Origin: Neocallimastix sp. 'constans'
Taxonomy: Eukaryota
Assembly (NCBI GenBank): GCA_050613775.1
Contig: JBODTK010000016.1
Coordinates: forward strand, 558,001 to 622,000
Direction: 5' to 3'
DNA: 64,000 bases
A program made the translations under genes and the position numbers. Below the pieces are notes generated by a model. The model was not told the DNA's origin. It saw nothing but the letters and a program-made list of their open reading frames with translations, and made no database searches. Shown here in pieces: positions 32,801 through 48,086 of the stretch (the first letter of the stretch is position 1; each line of letters begins with the position of its first letter).

Positions 32801-34158
32801 TTATCTAAAATTATTATTTAATAGCAAAATATATTAAAATTATAATGTAATATAAAGTTTCACCTTTAGCATATATAATATGTATTTGTTATTAATATTT
32901 TTTTTATGATAAAAGGAAAATAAAATTCTATTTGATATTAGAAAAATTTTGTATCACTAAAAAAATTTTTTTTTTATGAGACTTTTCATAAAAAATGTAT
33001 TTCATACAATTAATAAATAAATAATTGTTTGTGTTGTTAAAAGTTACAATTATTTAATTATAATATAAATGTAACATAATATCTATTTTTAAATATTTAT
33101 TTTATTTGTTACGTTTTCCTTTTCAGATAAAAATATAATTAGATGATTCGATTCCTTTTTTTTTTTTTTTTTTTTTTTTTGAAACAGTTAATACTATTTT
33201 TATTAGTTAATTTAAATTGACATACTTTCTTTTTTATTAATCTATGTAAATAATATACTGAATATATTATTAATCTAACAAAATAAAAAAAAATATGTAT
33301 ATAATGCTTTTATTTTATATATAAAGGATTAATTCAGAGCTTTGCATTGTCCCTTTAACATTAGAGTATAAATCATTGAAAAACGCAAAATTGAGAATAT
33401 CAAAAATTTTATTTAAATATTCAGAGTAAGTTTCCATAATAATAGTCTGTATACATATGTTGACTTATGTTTTCTCGTATTTTATATTGAATTTATATAT
33501 AATTGTTCAAGCACTCTCTCTCTTTCTAAATAAATAATACAGTTAAATAACAAATATTAATAAAAAAAAAAAAAAAAAAAATTTTTTTAATAAATCTTAT
33601 ATAAATATTCATCTATCATTTCATTTTTACTTGTTATTTTTATTAAATATATTAAATTGGACTACATTCTAAAATCTACTTTTTACATTAATGTATTGAT
33701 GAATAGTATATATTTCATCTTAATAAACCTTTTTTACTGAAAATTTTATTTCTTGATTTCCATAATAAATATTATTTTGGATTGTCAATTTATATAAAAT
33801 TAAAAAAAAAAAAAATTAATAATATAGTAATGTTGAAATTTTTCCAATATTTTATTTATTTATTTATTTATTCATTTATTTTACAATATAAAATTCATCT
33901 TTATAATTTAATCTATCTTTATCTCAATATTAATGTCTCCATAGAAAAAAAGTAAATATTTAAATATATATTTTACCCTATTACCTATTGATTGGGATTT
34001 AATAATTATGATTTTTTTTTAAATATTTATTTTAGAACAAACTATTTTATAAATAATCCATCTTATCTATATATATAAATATATATACATTCTATAGCAG
34101 ATTTTTATGAATTTTCATTAATTGAAAGTATGAAAAAAAATAAAACCATCAACAATAA

Positions 34159-34209
<51 letters not shown>

Positions 34210-34309
34210 TAAATAAACTCTACTTATTCTTCTTCTGTTTAGGATCTAGTTATATGAATTTATATATAAATCTATACTTTTATTGATTTTTTTCTATTAA
34301 TTAAATAAC

Positions 34310-34471
34310 CGAGGCTAATTTTTTTACTTTTTTAGACTGGGATTAACGAGAGGAGAGGACAATAGGATCTCTCCCTTAAACGCATCAGACTCTCATTGGA
34401 TTCTTTGCCATACCGTTTCGGCGTCCACGTGGACGCGGCTTTATAAAACAGGTTTCATTGAAGCTAATTAA
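34310..34471. other. Isolated GC-rich ~160-bp island with hairpins; candidate structured ncRNA or mobile-element remnant
   Basis: Perfect 16-bp palindrome GCGTCCACGTGGACGC at 34421-34436; GGAGAG..TCTCTCC stem at ~34352-34373; preceded by CTAAT, a T-tract and AG (3' splice-site-like). Confidence 0.4.
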
Positions 34472-34945
34472 TAATAATATTTTAATTAATTATCTTTAAT
34501 CTTCTTAAATATAATAAAGAAATATATTAATATATATCATATATATCTTTAATAAGTCATTCATAAACTTCCAGTTTAATTTTTAGTTCTTATCTAAAAA
34601 AAAAAAAAAAATTCGGGAATGACTTAATATAGGTATATAATTTTATAATGCAATAAATAATAACCTTATATATATATATTTTATAACATAAATAAAAACA
34701 AAATAATAAAATAAAAATTAACTTTTCAGTTTTTTTTTTTTTTTATCATATTTATTCTTGATTTACAACTTTATATAATTTATAAAATAATTAAAATAAG
34801 CTAAAAGCTAAATCCATGATTTATTCTACCTTATTTTTAATTCAATTTCCTAATATATTATTTCATATTATTTCATTTCCGTATATAAACATATATATAT
34901 ATATATATATTTTTATATAATAGTAAATTTTTAAAAATAAGTAGA

Positions 34946-34987
<42 letters not shown>

Positions 34988-35403
34988 TTTTTATATTGAA
35001 AAAAAAAAAAAATTTTTTTTAAAGCTATTCAACAAATGAATAAAAAATTATATATAAATATTCATTATTCATATATAAACTTTAATCCATTGTAAAATTT
35101 GAACGTACAGTTTTAAAATAAAAAAAGAGAAAAAAAAATTAAAAAAAATTAGTAATATAAATACTACAAATATTATGATAATTTTGATGACATTATTAAC
35201 ATATATATATAATGAATATTATTAAATAATTATTTTATTTCTTTCAAGTTATTGTATAATAATATACTGTAACTATTTTTTTTTATTTTCATTATTTTAT
35301 TTTTTTAGACTTAGATATAGATATTTGAAATAAACTTTTATGATATTAAATATTATATTCAATATAAACTTAATGATAAAATAATTTATATCAAAACTTA
35401 TTC

Positions 35404-35477
<74 letters not shown>

Positions 35478-37659
35478 ATTTTCTTCAATAATGGATCGAT
35501 TATTGTAATCATTTTTCTTTATATATATATATATATAAATAAACAACTTAAATATATATATTTATTTAGTTTTATTGATTTATTTATAAATTTGGGTAAA
35601 TTTTGAAACTTTTAAAATTTTAATTATTAACAATTTAAGAAAAAAAAAAAAAAAAAAAAAAAAAAAAGAAAAAGAAAAAAAAAAAAAAAAAAAAGAAAAA
35701 GAAAAAAAAAAAAAAAAAAGAAAAATAAAAATAAAAATAAAAATAAAAATAAAAATAAAAATAAAAATAAAAAGAATTAAAAGAGCTAAAAAAACTAAAA
35801 GAAAAAAAAAATCCAAAATAAAATATTTAACAAAAAAAAAAAAAAAAAATAATAATAATAAAATAAAATTTTTTAAATTTTTAGGTTCTTATATAAAACA
35901 AACTTTCAAAATTAGTTATATATTTCATTGTTCATTCTTTATTTATTCATTTGTTTTTTTACTATTATTATTATTTATTATTTAATTGTAATTTGAGGGG
36001 AAAATATATAAATGATGTATTATTTTGTATTATTTTAGTTATAATTTTTAAAAACTGTAAATTAAGCTTAATGAATAAAAATAAAAAAAAGAATAAAAAA
36101 AAATTAAGCTTAATGAATAAAAATAAAAAAAAAGAATAAAAAAAAAATTAAACTTAATGAATAAAAATGAAAAAAGAAAAAAAAAAATTAAAATAATAAA
36201 TAGAAAATCTCTATAATATATTGTATCACATTTAAAATAATTAAAAATTTTATAAGAAATATAATTATGTTTTAATAATCAATATAATAAAATATGTGAA
36301 TATTCATCTAAGCGTATCAAAATATTAGAATTATTATTATTATTGTCTCTTTTATAATATATTCATATAGTAGTATTAACTGTCTATTCTTTTATTTTAT
36401 ATTCATTATTTTTACTTTCATATTTTTCAAAATTTTTTATTATATTCATTATTTTTACTTTCATATTTTTCATAATTTTCAATTAATCGATTATATTGTT
36501 TATCATTTTATATTATAAAATATTGCTTATTATTAAACTTATATCTACTACATACTCATGTTATTTTATTCTTTTATATAAATATAAAGGCTTATAAAAA
36601 TAAATTCCCTTTGTGGAAAGATTATATAATATATCAGGGCTACATGATTTACTCTTTATTTCTTTAAAAAATAATTCAGTATTGTTTCCTTTTTCTATAT
36701 TCATTGTTTAATATAACTTTGGAATAATTTTTAAAATTAATTTAATAAATAAAAATAAGGAAAAAAAAATAAATATAAATATTAAAAATGAAAAAGAAAA
36801 AAAAATAATATATATAAAATGCTAACCAAATAAAAATTTTAATTGAATATATATATTTTTTTTTTTATTAATAATGTATTTATAATTATGAAATTTTAAA
36901 AATTTTAATGAGAAAAATATTCAAGATATATATTAAATAAAAAGAAATTTTACATTTTTTTTTTTTTAAAAAATATTTTGTGAACTTAGGTATATCATTT
37001 ATATTATTTTTTAAGTCATGATTATAAAATGATAAAACAAATAACAACAATAAATTAATAAAATAGTATTTTTATATAATTTCAAAGTGAATTATAACAA
37101 ATATTTAAATAACTAATTTTATTTTATTTTACTTTTATTTCACACAATAACATCATAATTTATTATTATTTTTAGATTTATTTTAGTAATTAATAGTTAA
37201 ATAGATATATTTGATACTTTTCATCCTAAAAAATATAAATGTATATATATATTAATATTTATTTTTTATTTTTATAAATATATAAAATTATTTATAAAAA
37301 TAAAAAACAAAATAAATAAAATAAAAAAAAAATAAAAATAAAAAAATATAAATAAAAAAATAAAAAATAAGAAATATAATAAAATACGAAAGTATAAAAA
37401 TATAAAAAAAAAATAAAATTTATTACATAAATGAAATGTAAATATTTTATAATTAATTTTCTTTTCTTTGTTAATTTAGATTTACAATAATGATGTAAAA
37501 ACTTCTGTATCAATAAATATTGCTGTGTATCAATTTTTACGACAATAATATTATGGTAAATAAAATTAATAAATTAATATAATATTGTATATAATAGAAT
37601 TATTGCTGGTTATAAAACAATATTGGTACATAAATGAAAGGTTAAATCTTTGTAATTTA

Positions 37660-37691
<32 letters not shown>

Positions 37692-39740
37692 ATAATCTAT
37701 AAATAAAATATTATAGGTATATAAATTAATTGTTACAATTATCGTTAGCTTCAATATTTTAAAAACTGTTTTTTATAATATAGAATTAAAATAATTACAA
37801 TTAGTAATTTATATAACTATATATGCAATTATATATATTTATATATTAAATTTAATTTTAATAATGGAAATAAAAAAAATGCATATTATTATTTAATTAA
37901 TAAATATAATAAAGGTTATTAACTAAATAATAATTAATTATTAATTTTTTAGTAAATAATACAGAATAATAATTATGTAATTATATATTTAAAGTTTATC
38001 TAATCAATAATGAATGAATGGAAAAAATATTTTTATATCAAAAAGAAAACAATCATAATTATTAATATTTAATAATTATACAATTTAATAATTAAGATTT
38101 AATTATTTTAATCATTTAATCACGTGATATTTTCACATATACTTTAATTAATGTATAATCCATTTTTTTTTTTTTTATAATTTATTTAATTTAATAAAAA
38201 AAAAGGAATATATTTAAATATTAATATTAATTTAAAAATAGTAATAAATTTTATATAAAACATTGGCAAATAAAAATATATTTGGTAATCAATAGTATTA
38301 TTTATATTTAAAGCCCTAAAAATAAAAAAAAATTTTTTTTTATATTTATAATAAGAATATTTAAATTTTTAGAACTATAGGAAACAATTAATTTATTAAT
38401 AATATTTTTAATGATTATTATCCACTATATAAAAAAAAATTTTTTTCCACATCTATTAAAGTATAAATCATATAACCTATTTTTTATTATTTTTTATTTA
38501 TTATTTATTATTTATTTTACTTATTTTACTTATCCAATATTTATTAATTATCATATCACAACTCATATTTATTTATTATCATAAATTTAATAAAATTAAA
38601 TATAAATATATTATTAAAAATATAAAACCATATCTGATATATAATTTTATTATTTATATTTATTTAAATTAAATTTCAAATCACTATAATATATATATAT
38701 AAATATATAAAAGAACATGAATATAAATTTAATATTTAATAATAATATTTAATAATAATACTTTATATAAAAAATACATAAATTATATATTAAAATATGG
38801 AGTAGTTTAATATAAAAATATTTAATAAATATAGTTTTATCTTTGCACAGATTTTTTCCTTACACTATAGACATTTTTTTTAAAAAAAAAAAATAATAAA
38901 TAAATAAATAAAAATTAGAAAAGGTATAAATAATTTATTTCCTTTAATTTAAAATTTGATTATATATTCATTTATAATCATATTTAATACATAATTAGTT
39001 ATTATTTAATATATTATTATAAAAACTTTTTATAATATAAAATAATTAATATATATTATTTTTCTTTTTATCTTTTTATTTATAACGAAAAAAAAAAGGT
39101 ATTATATTTTTTATCTATATCTAAACACTTTTGTATAAATAAATAAATATTTTTACAAAAATAAATGAATATATATTTTTTAAAAATAAAAAAACATAAT
39201 ATTAAACTTAATAGCAATATATATATATATATATGTAATGTCATCAAAAAATATAAATATATAAATAATGAAGGGAAAGATTTCATTTTGTTTTATTTTA
39301 CTTTTAGGTATCAATAATTAAAATATATATATATTTATTTGTGTTAATAAAAAAAATTGTGAGTGGTATAAATAAAATCAAATAATAAATTACTTAATTA
39401 TAATATTTTTAAAACGATTAATATTATAATTTATTATAATAACAATTTTAATAATAAATTTCCCAATTGATAATTGTTATTTATTATTTATTTAATTTTC
39501 TTTATTTCAAAATTATATATATATTAATATATTTATCAAATGAAATAATTCTAAAAATTACTTTTTTTTTTTTTTTTTTTCTAAAGATAATATTTAAAAT
39601 ATATTATCAGTAAATATATTATATCAATAGATTATCATTATACATTCAATCGTTATAAAAAAGTTTTTTTTTACAAATACTGCAAACACATATATTATTA
39701 GACATTTATTTAGAAAAATTAACATTAAAATTTCATAATC

Positions 39741-40312
39741 ATGAATCCGAATAAAGATGTAGAATTAGAAGAAATAAAAATTAAAGGTAATGACCCTAAC
39801 ACTCAAAATCCTCAATCAATTAGAGTTATTGATGAAACAAATTCATATGACAGTTTAAATACTAGTGTAATGCCTAACAGTTCACGTAAATATGAACCAA
39901 CAATGACTAGTGTAATAGGTAGAAAAAAGAAAAAGCAAGAAGGATTTGATGGAGATAATAGTGAAAATGATGATTCAGACGATGAAAATGATAAAAAGGC
40001 AAGACTTAAGCGTAATATGACACAAATGTTAGATTATGACCAAAAAAAGAAAGAAGAAAGATATGAAAAAATTGGCCTTGGAGATTCACAAGAATATGAT
40101 GATTTCGACTGGTTTGCAGATGATTATAATAATGACCGTGATAAAGAAGATGAAAAAAGTGATGATGAGGAAAAAAATGAAAATTTAAAATCAAAAATTT
40201 CAAAAATTCCAAAAGCTGTTCGTTATTGGGCTTGGTTAATTCTTGGTGATTTAATTTTTTCCGTAAGTTAGCTAAAAATAAATTTTTAAAATTAAAAATA
40301 AAACAATCAAAC

Positions 40313-40349
<37 letters not shown>

Positions 40350-41266
40350 TTTTTATATTAAAAAAGAATAAATTATTTTAAATAAGTTTCTTATTTAATA
40401 TAATTTGTATAATTATTATTAATATTAATATTATTTATATATTATTATTATTATTAATATTTCTATTATTATATATTATATTATAATTATTAATTATAAA
40501 TTATTAAATATTATTATCATTAATATTTGTAATTAATATTATTATTTATTATTACTATTAATTATTAAATTATTAATTAAATTATATCTTATATATATAT
40601 ATATATCACTTTATAGATACCAATTATCTTAGCAATATGTTTTAGTTGTATTGAAGATCCATCAAAAAAATTTGAACAATGGAAAACAAAAGATACAACT
40701 AAATGCAAAGGTTTTTTCGATATTTTCGATTTTCCTGTTTTTTTATGGGCTTTATGGTTAATTCCAACATGGAGTGTATATTGGCTTTTAATGATTTTCT
40801 TCCATTTAGTGCCAGGTCTTTTTATTCATATTGTTGATTTTATGTTTGGATATGTACCAAAAAAAATGATTAATTTTGCTGATTATATTCGATTCTTACA
40901 AGATTATATTGTTCATGCCCTCGCATCATTTTTATCCTATATATTTTTGCATATATTCTTTAGAATTCAAGATAATGATGGTAATTATGTTAATAAATAT
41001 ATAGCTTTTGTTGATCATCTATTACTGTCTATTGTTGCTGGTTGTGCTATTTGGGCAGTAGAAAAAATTATTTTACAAAGTTTCTCGGTAAATAAAATAA
41101 TTTTGATGCTAAAAAAATTTTTTATTTAATAATAAATTAAACTATATAAATAAATAAATAAAAAAAATATATATATATATATATATATATTTACATTAAT
41201 AGATTAATTAGATATTGATATAAAAATAAATAAATGTATAAATATTACTTTAATATTTAATTGATA

Positions 41267-41318
<52 letters not shown>

Positions 41319-43160
41319 TATTAATATTATATATAAAATTTTTAAAAATCATTATATTGAATTTATAGATTTCATTCCATAAATCTGTCTATGAAGATCG
41401 TATAGAAGAAATTAATAGAGCCATTACAGTTTTAGAATATTTGAATGAATCAAGACATAGAAATGTTAAATTAGATGCTATTAGTCTTATTAGTACTGGT
41501 AATAATGAAAAAAAGCATTTTTATAAGAACTTTGCAAAAATAGCAAAGAATGTAGTCCTTAAAAAGACATCAAAAACAAAAAGTGTTCTATTAAGAACAT
41601 CTTGGGATGCCAAAAATTTGGCTAGAAATTTGTATTATCATTTAGGAGGAACAGATAGAGCAGAAGATGAATTAACTGTTGAGAACTTCAAAGATTTCTT
41701 CATTACAGAACAAGATGCTCAAGATGCATTTGATCTTTTCGATAAAGATGGTAATGGTGATTTAAGTAAAGCTGAAGTTAAGAGTTTTGTTTTAGATGTT
41801 TATCAGGAACAAAAGACACTTCGTAAATCTATGAGAGATTCTAATATTGCCTTAAGAAAACTTGATTATCTTTTTAAATTTGTATCTGTTATAATTATTG
41901 TTATCACTATCTTAAATGTCTTTGATTATGACTTAAAGAGTGTTTACGTTGCATTATCTTCTATTTGGGTTGGTACTATGTTTGCTATTAGTGGTACAAT
42001 TACAAGTTTAGTTCAATCTTTAATTTTCTTATTCATTACCCATCCATTTGATGTTGGAGATCGGTAAGTAAAATAAAATAAAATAAAATAAAATAAAATA
42101 AAATAAAATAAAATAAAATAAAATAAAATAAAATAAAATAAAATAAAATAAAATAAAATAAAATAAAATAAAATAAAATAAAATAAAATAAAATAAAATA
42201 AAATAAAATAAAATAAAATAAAATAAAATAAAATAAAATAAAATAAAATAAAATAAAATAAAATAAAATAAAATAAAATAAAATAAAATAAAATAAAATA
42301 AAATAAAATAAAATAAAATAAAATAAAATAAAATAAAATAAAATAAAATTAAATAAAATAAAAAAAGAATAAATAATAATAATAATAATAATAATAGTAA
42401 TAATAATAATAATAATAGTAATAATAATAATAATAGTAATAATAATAATAAATAAATAAAACAAATAAAGTTAAAATAAATAGAAATAATAATTAATTAA
42501 TCAATTCGTTAATTAGTATATTTACATAACATAATAAAATTTTAATATTTTTTATTTATTTTTTGTTTTTTAATTTATTTTATTTTATTTTATTTTATTT
42601 ATTTTTTTATTATCATAATAATATTTATTAGTATTGAAATTGATGGTCAAGCATATCTCGTTAAAGATTTTGGTTTAACAAATGTTACAATGAAAAAACC
42701 AAATGGTGAAGAAATTTATGCTCCAACATCTGAATTAACCTCAAAATTCATTAATAATATTAGACGTTCTTCTCCATTAATTCAAGTATTTAATATTGCT
42801 GTCAATTCAAAAACTACTACTGCTCAACAACTTCAAGGATTACAAGAAAGATTACAAAAATTTGTCGAAAAAGAGTCTAGAAATTTCCAAGGTCGTTGTG
42901 TTGTCAGTGCTACTGATATTTTAGATGAATTACGTATGAATATTGCTATTCTTGTTCAACATAAACATAATGGTCAAGATGCTATTCGTGTACGTCAAAG
43001 AAACGATTTATTTGTTAATGAAATTAAGAATTCTATTAATATTTTGAAATTACAATTACCAAACCCAAGTTTGTTAATTATTAATATTGCTAATGAAGAT
43101 GGAGAAATGGTACCATATGCTACTGAAAATTTAAATCAACAACAAATCAGTAATGAATAA
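39741..43160 (+). CDS. MscS-like mechanosensitive channel with an EF-hand (fungal Msy1/Msy2 type), ~738 aa; exons 39741-40262, 40617-41087, 41369-42063, 42632-43160
   Basis: Multiple TM segments; EKIILQSFSISFHKSVYEDRI; EF-hand AFDLFDKDGNGDLSKAE; MscS core SLIFLFITHPFDVGDRIEIDG..PNGEEIYAP..INNIRRS. Introns are in phase. Confidence 0.93.
42068..42350. repeat. (AAAAT)n pentanucleotide microsatellite in intron 3 of the MscS-like gene
   Basis: About 280 bp of perfect repeat directly after the GTAAGT donor. Confidence 0.97.
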
Positions 43161-43596
43161 TAATAAAAAAAAAAAAAAAAAAAAAAGTCAATTGTAATAA
43201 TAATATTTTTTTTTTATAATATAAAATAGTATAATAATATAATTTAGAACTATAAAGTTGGAAGAAATAATTATAAAATTTAGGATATATATTCAATAGC
43301 TTAATTAATATTTTAATTTATATATACATATACTTTTTTTTTTTTAAGATTTTATTATTTAATATCAAATGAATATAAATATATATATATATTATCTTTT
43401 ATAAGAAATTAGTTAAATATATATATATATTTTTAATAAATAATAAAAATGTATGCTAACATCTTTTAAATGATATATTTATTTTATTTAAAATTTAAAT
43501 ATATATATATCTTTTTAAATGAAAGTGTATAAATACCTTTTTAATATATGATTTAGTAAAATTTTAAAATATAAATATTAATTTATTTTATTTAAA

Positions 43597-43633
<37 letters not shown>

Positions 43634-43834
43634 AAAAAAAAAGAATAAAATTTCTATAAACTTTATTAAAAATTTATTATTTATTTAAATTTTTTTTTCT
43701 TTTTTTGGTATTATTAACAATTGTATTTTTAGTAGAAAAGATTCAACCAATAAATTATTTTAATAATTTTAATGAATTATTAAATATTTTAAATTAAAAC
43801 TTATACTCTTAGTTTAATTATGATATTCAATAAA

Positions 43835-44490
43835 TCAAAGAATGTTTTATCATGTAAAGATTACATTAAAAGACATTTTACTATTTGTACTTATGCCCTT
43901 TTTCGTGACCTTCATATTTTCTTTATTATTGTCTTCTGTGGGCCAATGCAAACAAAGTGCTTCTGTTAATAAATTAATTCTAATTGCATCTTAAAAGATC
44001 TTATAAAAAATATTCCTAACAAAGTGCTTCTGTTAATAAATTAATTCTAATTGCATCATTAAAGATCTTATAAAAAATATTCTTATAATACTTAAATATT
44101 CTTGGTCTAAAGAATCAAGTACTTTTTATAGAAAAATACAGAAAAATAAAAAAAAAAAAAAATTAAGAAGTTTAATGATATTATTGTATGTATATTGGTC
44201 TGATATTACTACAAAATAAGGTATTAAAGGAACTATGAAAAATAAAAATTTATTCCTACAAGAATTTTATTCAATCTTAGCGATAAACACACAAAGCTAA
44301 TTTATGGAATTTATGGAATTAATCGTATTATTACATATAAAATGTGGATATAAGTATAATTATCATTATTGCCTTTAGAAGTGGCAGAGTTAATAGAAAA
44401 TTGTCCAAAATATTGTTCATGTTATGGTAAAGTTGATTAGTCATTTATCCATTGAATATTTGAATGTTCCACTTTTTCAAATGCCAAATT
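43835..44490 (+). mobile_element. Degenerate 3' fragment of a non-LTR (LINE-like) retrotransposon ORF2
   Basis: GC-raised patch with broken frames: SNCIIKDLIKNI, YSWSKES, LHIKCGYKYN, and a C-terminal zinc-knuckle remnant NCPKYCSCYGKVD*SFIH*IFECSTF (44378-44480). Contains a ~67-bp internal duplication at ~43951-44085. Confidence 0.55.
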
Positions 44491-44857
44491 GAAATCAATA
44501 AATTTAATTCATCTATTTTAGAATGTGAAAAAGAGAAATTAATGAATATATTTTTATGTTCCTTCCTGAAAAAAAAAAAAAAAAGTTATTCAATACATAC
44601 TTCTTTTAATGAAAAAGTATAATAAATTTTAATATTTGTTTTGCTTTTGAAATAGTTATTTTTATGTACATAAGTACTTCTTGACTATTATGCTCTAATC
44701 ATCTATAAATATATAATTTCTAACAATAACATTTAATCTCTACAAATTGATTTAAATTACCTAATAATAATGAAATCAATAAAAAGTATTTTATATGAAT
44801 TTTTATTTCATTTCTGTCTAGGAAATATACTTTTATTTATTTATTATTTATTAATTG

Positions 44858-45025
44858 TGGCTTAATAATGATACAATGACATAATTTAACTTATTTATAT
44901 TAATAATGGCTTAATAATAATACAATGTCATAATTTAACTTATTTATATTAATAATGGCTTAATAATAATACAATGTCATAATTTAACTTATTTATATTA
45001 ATAATGGCTTAATAATAATACAATG
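44858..45025. repeat. 49-bp minisatellite, ~3.5 copies
   Basis: TGGCTTAATAATAATACAATGTCATAATTTAACTTATTTATATTAATAA units start at 44858, 44907, 44956 and 45005 (partial). Confidence 0.9.
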
Positions 45026-46257
45026 AAACTATTTTAGCAATGAATTAAATAATGTATTTCAAATACAAGAGATTAACTTAACACATAATGTTAGACAATT
45101 TTATTTGAATTCTATTATTTATTTATTTATTATATATTTATTTAAATATTTAATTAATTAAAATATTTTGCCACAATAAAAGAAAATATAAACACCAAAA
45201 ATAGTGAAACTAATTGTGGAAAATTTAATATATCTTTATATTCATAAAGTTGAACATTTATTATTTATTTATTTATTATTTATTTATTTATTTATTTATT
45301 ATTTATTTATTTATTATTTATTTATTTATTATTTATTATTTATTATTTATTATTTATTATTTATTATTTATTATTTTCTATTTATTTATTATTTATTTGT
45401 TATATATTTATTATTTATATATGCATTTATTTATGTATTTATTTGTTTATTCATTCACTTATTATATTGAAACTAATAATAATAAAGGAAAATATTTTGT
45501 ACTACATAATAAAATTTTAATATAATGTATATATGATTAGTGTATTACTCATATATGTTACACAGAAGTCTTACTATAAGAATATAAAATATTTTAATTT
45601 TAGAAAAGGAATAAATATAATAATCAATTAATTGTTATTATATGGATTATATTTATTTTTAATTAGATTTGTTCATTATAATAATTTCTTTTTTTTTTTT
45701 TTAATATATTAAAATAGAAAATTCATTTAAAAAAAAAAGCACAACAGAGAAAAAGTCCATAAAGTATAAACATTTTTTTTTTTTTTTTTTTAAAATAAAT
45801 AAATAGAAATTAAGAAATATATATATATAAAATAATAAAAAAATAAAATAAAATAAAATAAAAAGAAAAAAAAAAATAAAAAAGAAAAAAGAAAGTAAAA
45901 AAATAAAAAATAATAAAATAAACAATAAAATAGTAAATAAAATTAAAATAAATAAAAAAAGGAATTTTTTTTATAATAATATACTATTATATATTATTAT
46001 TCTTTATAAAGAATTATAGTATATAATAAATTATTATTTTATTTTTAATGTTTTAAATTTAATTTAAGGTAAAATTTAATACAATTTTATGAATACTATT
46101 TATATATTAAATTATTTAATTTTTACTATTTTTTTTTTTTTTTTTTTTTTTGAAAAGAATCAAAAAAGTAGATGAATTAGAAAAAGAGTATATAACTGAA
46201 AAAAAAATAATTCATGATTTATCTAAACAAAAATTTAATAGTTTTTTCAATTCTTTT

Positions 46258-46299
<42 letters not shown>

Positions 46300-46398
46300 T
46301 AATATAAACAAAAGTACTAATTAAAAAAAATAATTATATTTTTAATTGTAAACATTATAGAATTTATTTTTTAAATAAAAAAATAAAATAAAATAAGA

Positions 46399-48045
46399 AT
46401 GAAACTTCTTTTATTTAATTTGTTCTTAATTACTTTATTATCAACTATTTCGGTAGTTTTTGGACAAATGCAAGATTGTGTTTCGTTAAATACATTCTTA
46501 AATAGAAAACTTGATACTGCCTGTTGTGGAATAATAAAAAAAGATTGTGACGTCAATAACTTCATACAAAAATTAGAATTGTAATATAAAATATTTATAA
46601 GAATACCTTTAAAATTATTATTAATATTATCTTAATTCTAATTGTATTATATTGTACTTTTTTTTTTTATTTTCATTAATTAAAATATAATAAATTAAAT
46701 AGAACTAATGAAGATTTAGCAAATGTAGATCTTAATAATTTTCCCATTTTTGGTAAATTAAGACAATTGTAATTATTAATTATTTTTATTTATATATAAT
46801 AAATATTATGATTTAAATAAATATCGAAAATAAAAATTTAAAAATATTATAATATATATTAAATATAGAACTATACAAAAAAATAACCTTAATGTTTTAC
46901 CAAAGATTTTTTTCAATTTACCTGTGTTGGAGAAATTGTAATAGTACAAATAATATTATAATTAAATTATAACTATTATAGTTAAATATTAATATTATAT
47001 ATAAACAATATTTTTCTTTTTTTAAATAGAATTGTTCATAATTCAAATATTACGCAAATTCCAAAGGATTATAACCTTCAATCACTTATATCAGAAATGT
47101 AATATTAAATATTTATTAAAATAAATATATATATAAATATAGTTGAATTAGAGCTTGTTTCTTAATTTTGTTTTTTCTTAATTTCTTTTCTTTTCTTTTT
47201 TTTTTATTTTAATTTTAATTATTTAAAAATTTAATAGTGATTTAAGAGATAATCAGTTGACCGAGTTTCCATCTCATTTCAACAGATTAAAACGTATGAA
47301 ACATCTGTAAGTATATAAATTGAAGAGAAAGTATAAAATATATTTTACATTAATAAAAATTATATTATTATTATTACTTTAATAATAATAATAATAATAA
47401 TAACCATTAATTAATAAATTATTAATTTTTTTAAATAGCTATTTACAAAATAATAAAATTTCCGGTACTCCAGATTTGACTGGATTTAATGAACTAAAGC
47501 ATATGTAATAAATTAATAATTAATTTAATTGTTATTAATTAATTATAAAGTATGAACCCTTTTATGAATAAATTTTACTTAATAAATATATATATAATTT
47601 ATATAATTTATATAATTTATATAATTTAGAAATTTAAATACAAATAATATTGATGGATTAAAAAATATTCCAGAAAGATTAGAAGTTTTGTAAGTTTTAT
47701 ATTTTAAAAAATAAATATATTACAATTTAATAATATAAAAATTATTAGATAAATTTAAATTAAATTAATAAATATTAAATAAAGTAATTATTAATTAATT
47801 CAAATTTCATATGTTTATATTTTTTATATAAATTTATTTAATTTTTAACTAATTTTTTAATTAATATTTTAATATTACAATTACTATTTTATTAAATAGA
47901 TATATAGGTGATAATAAAGGAATTAAGGAAGTTCCAAAAGAAGTTCCAGATTTATCTTTATTGAGAGAAATGTAATTAAAAAAAATTTTTTTTTTTATTA
48001 TCTTTATATATTATAAATTTATAACAATATGTAATATTAATAATC

Positions 48046-48086
<41 letters not shown>

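Noticed and set aside
34380..34460. Hammerhead ribozyme or Helitron 3' end
   Set aside because: No CUGANGA core directly before the stem preceding GAAAC, and no CTRR terminus at the expected distance from the hairpin on either strand.
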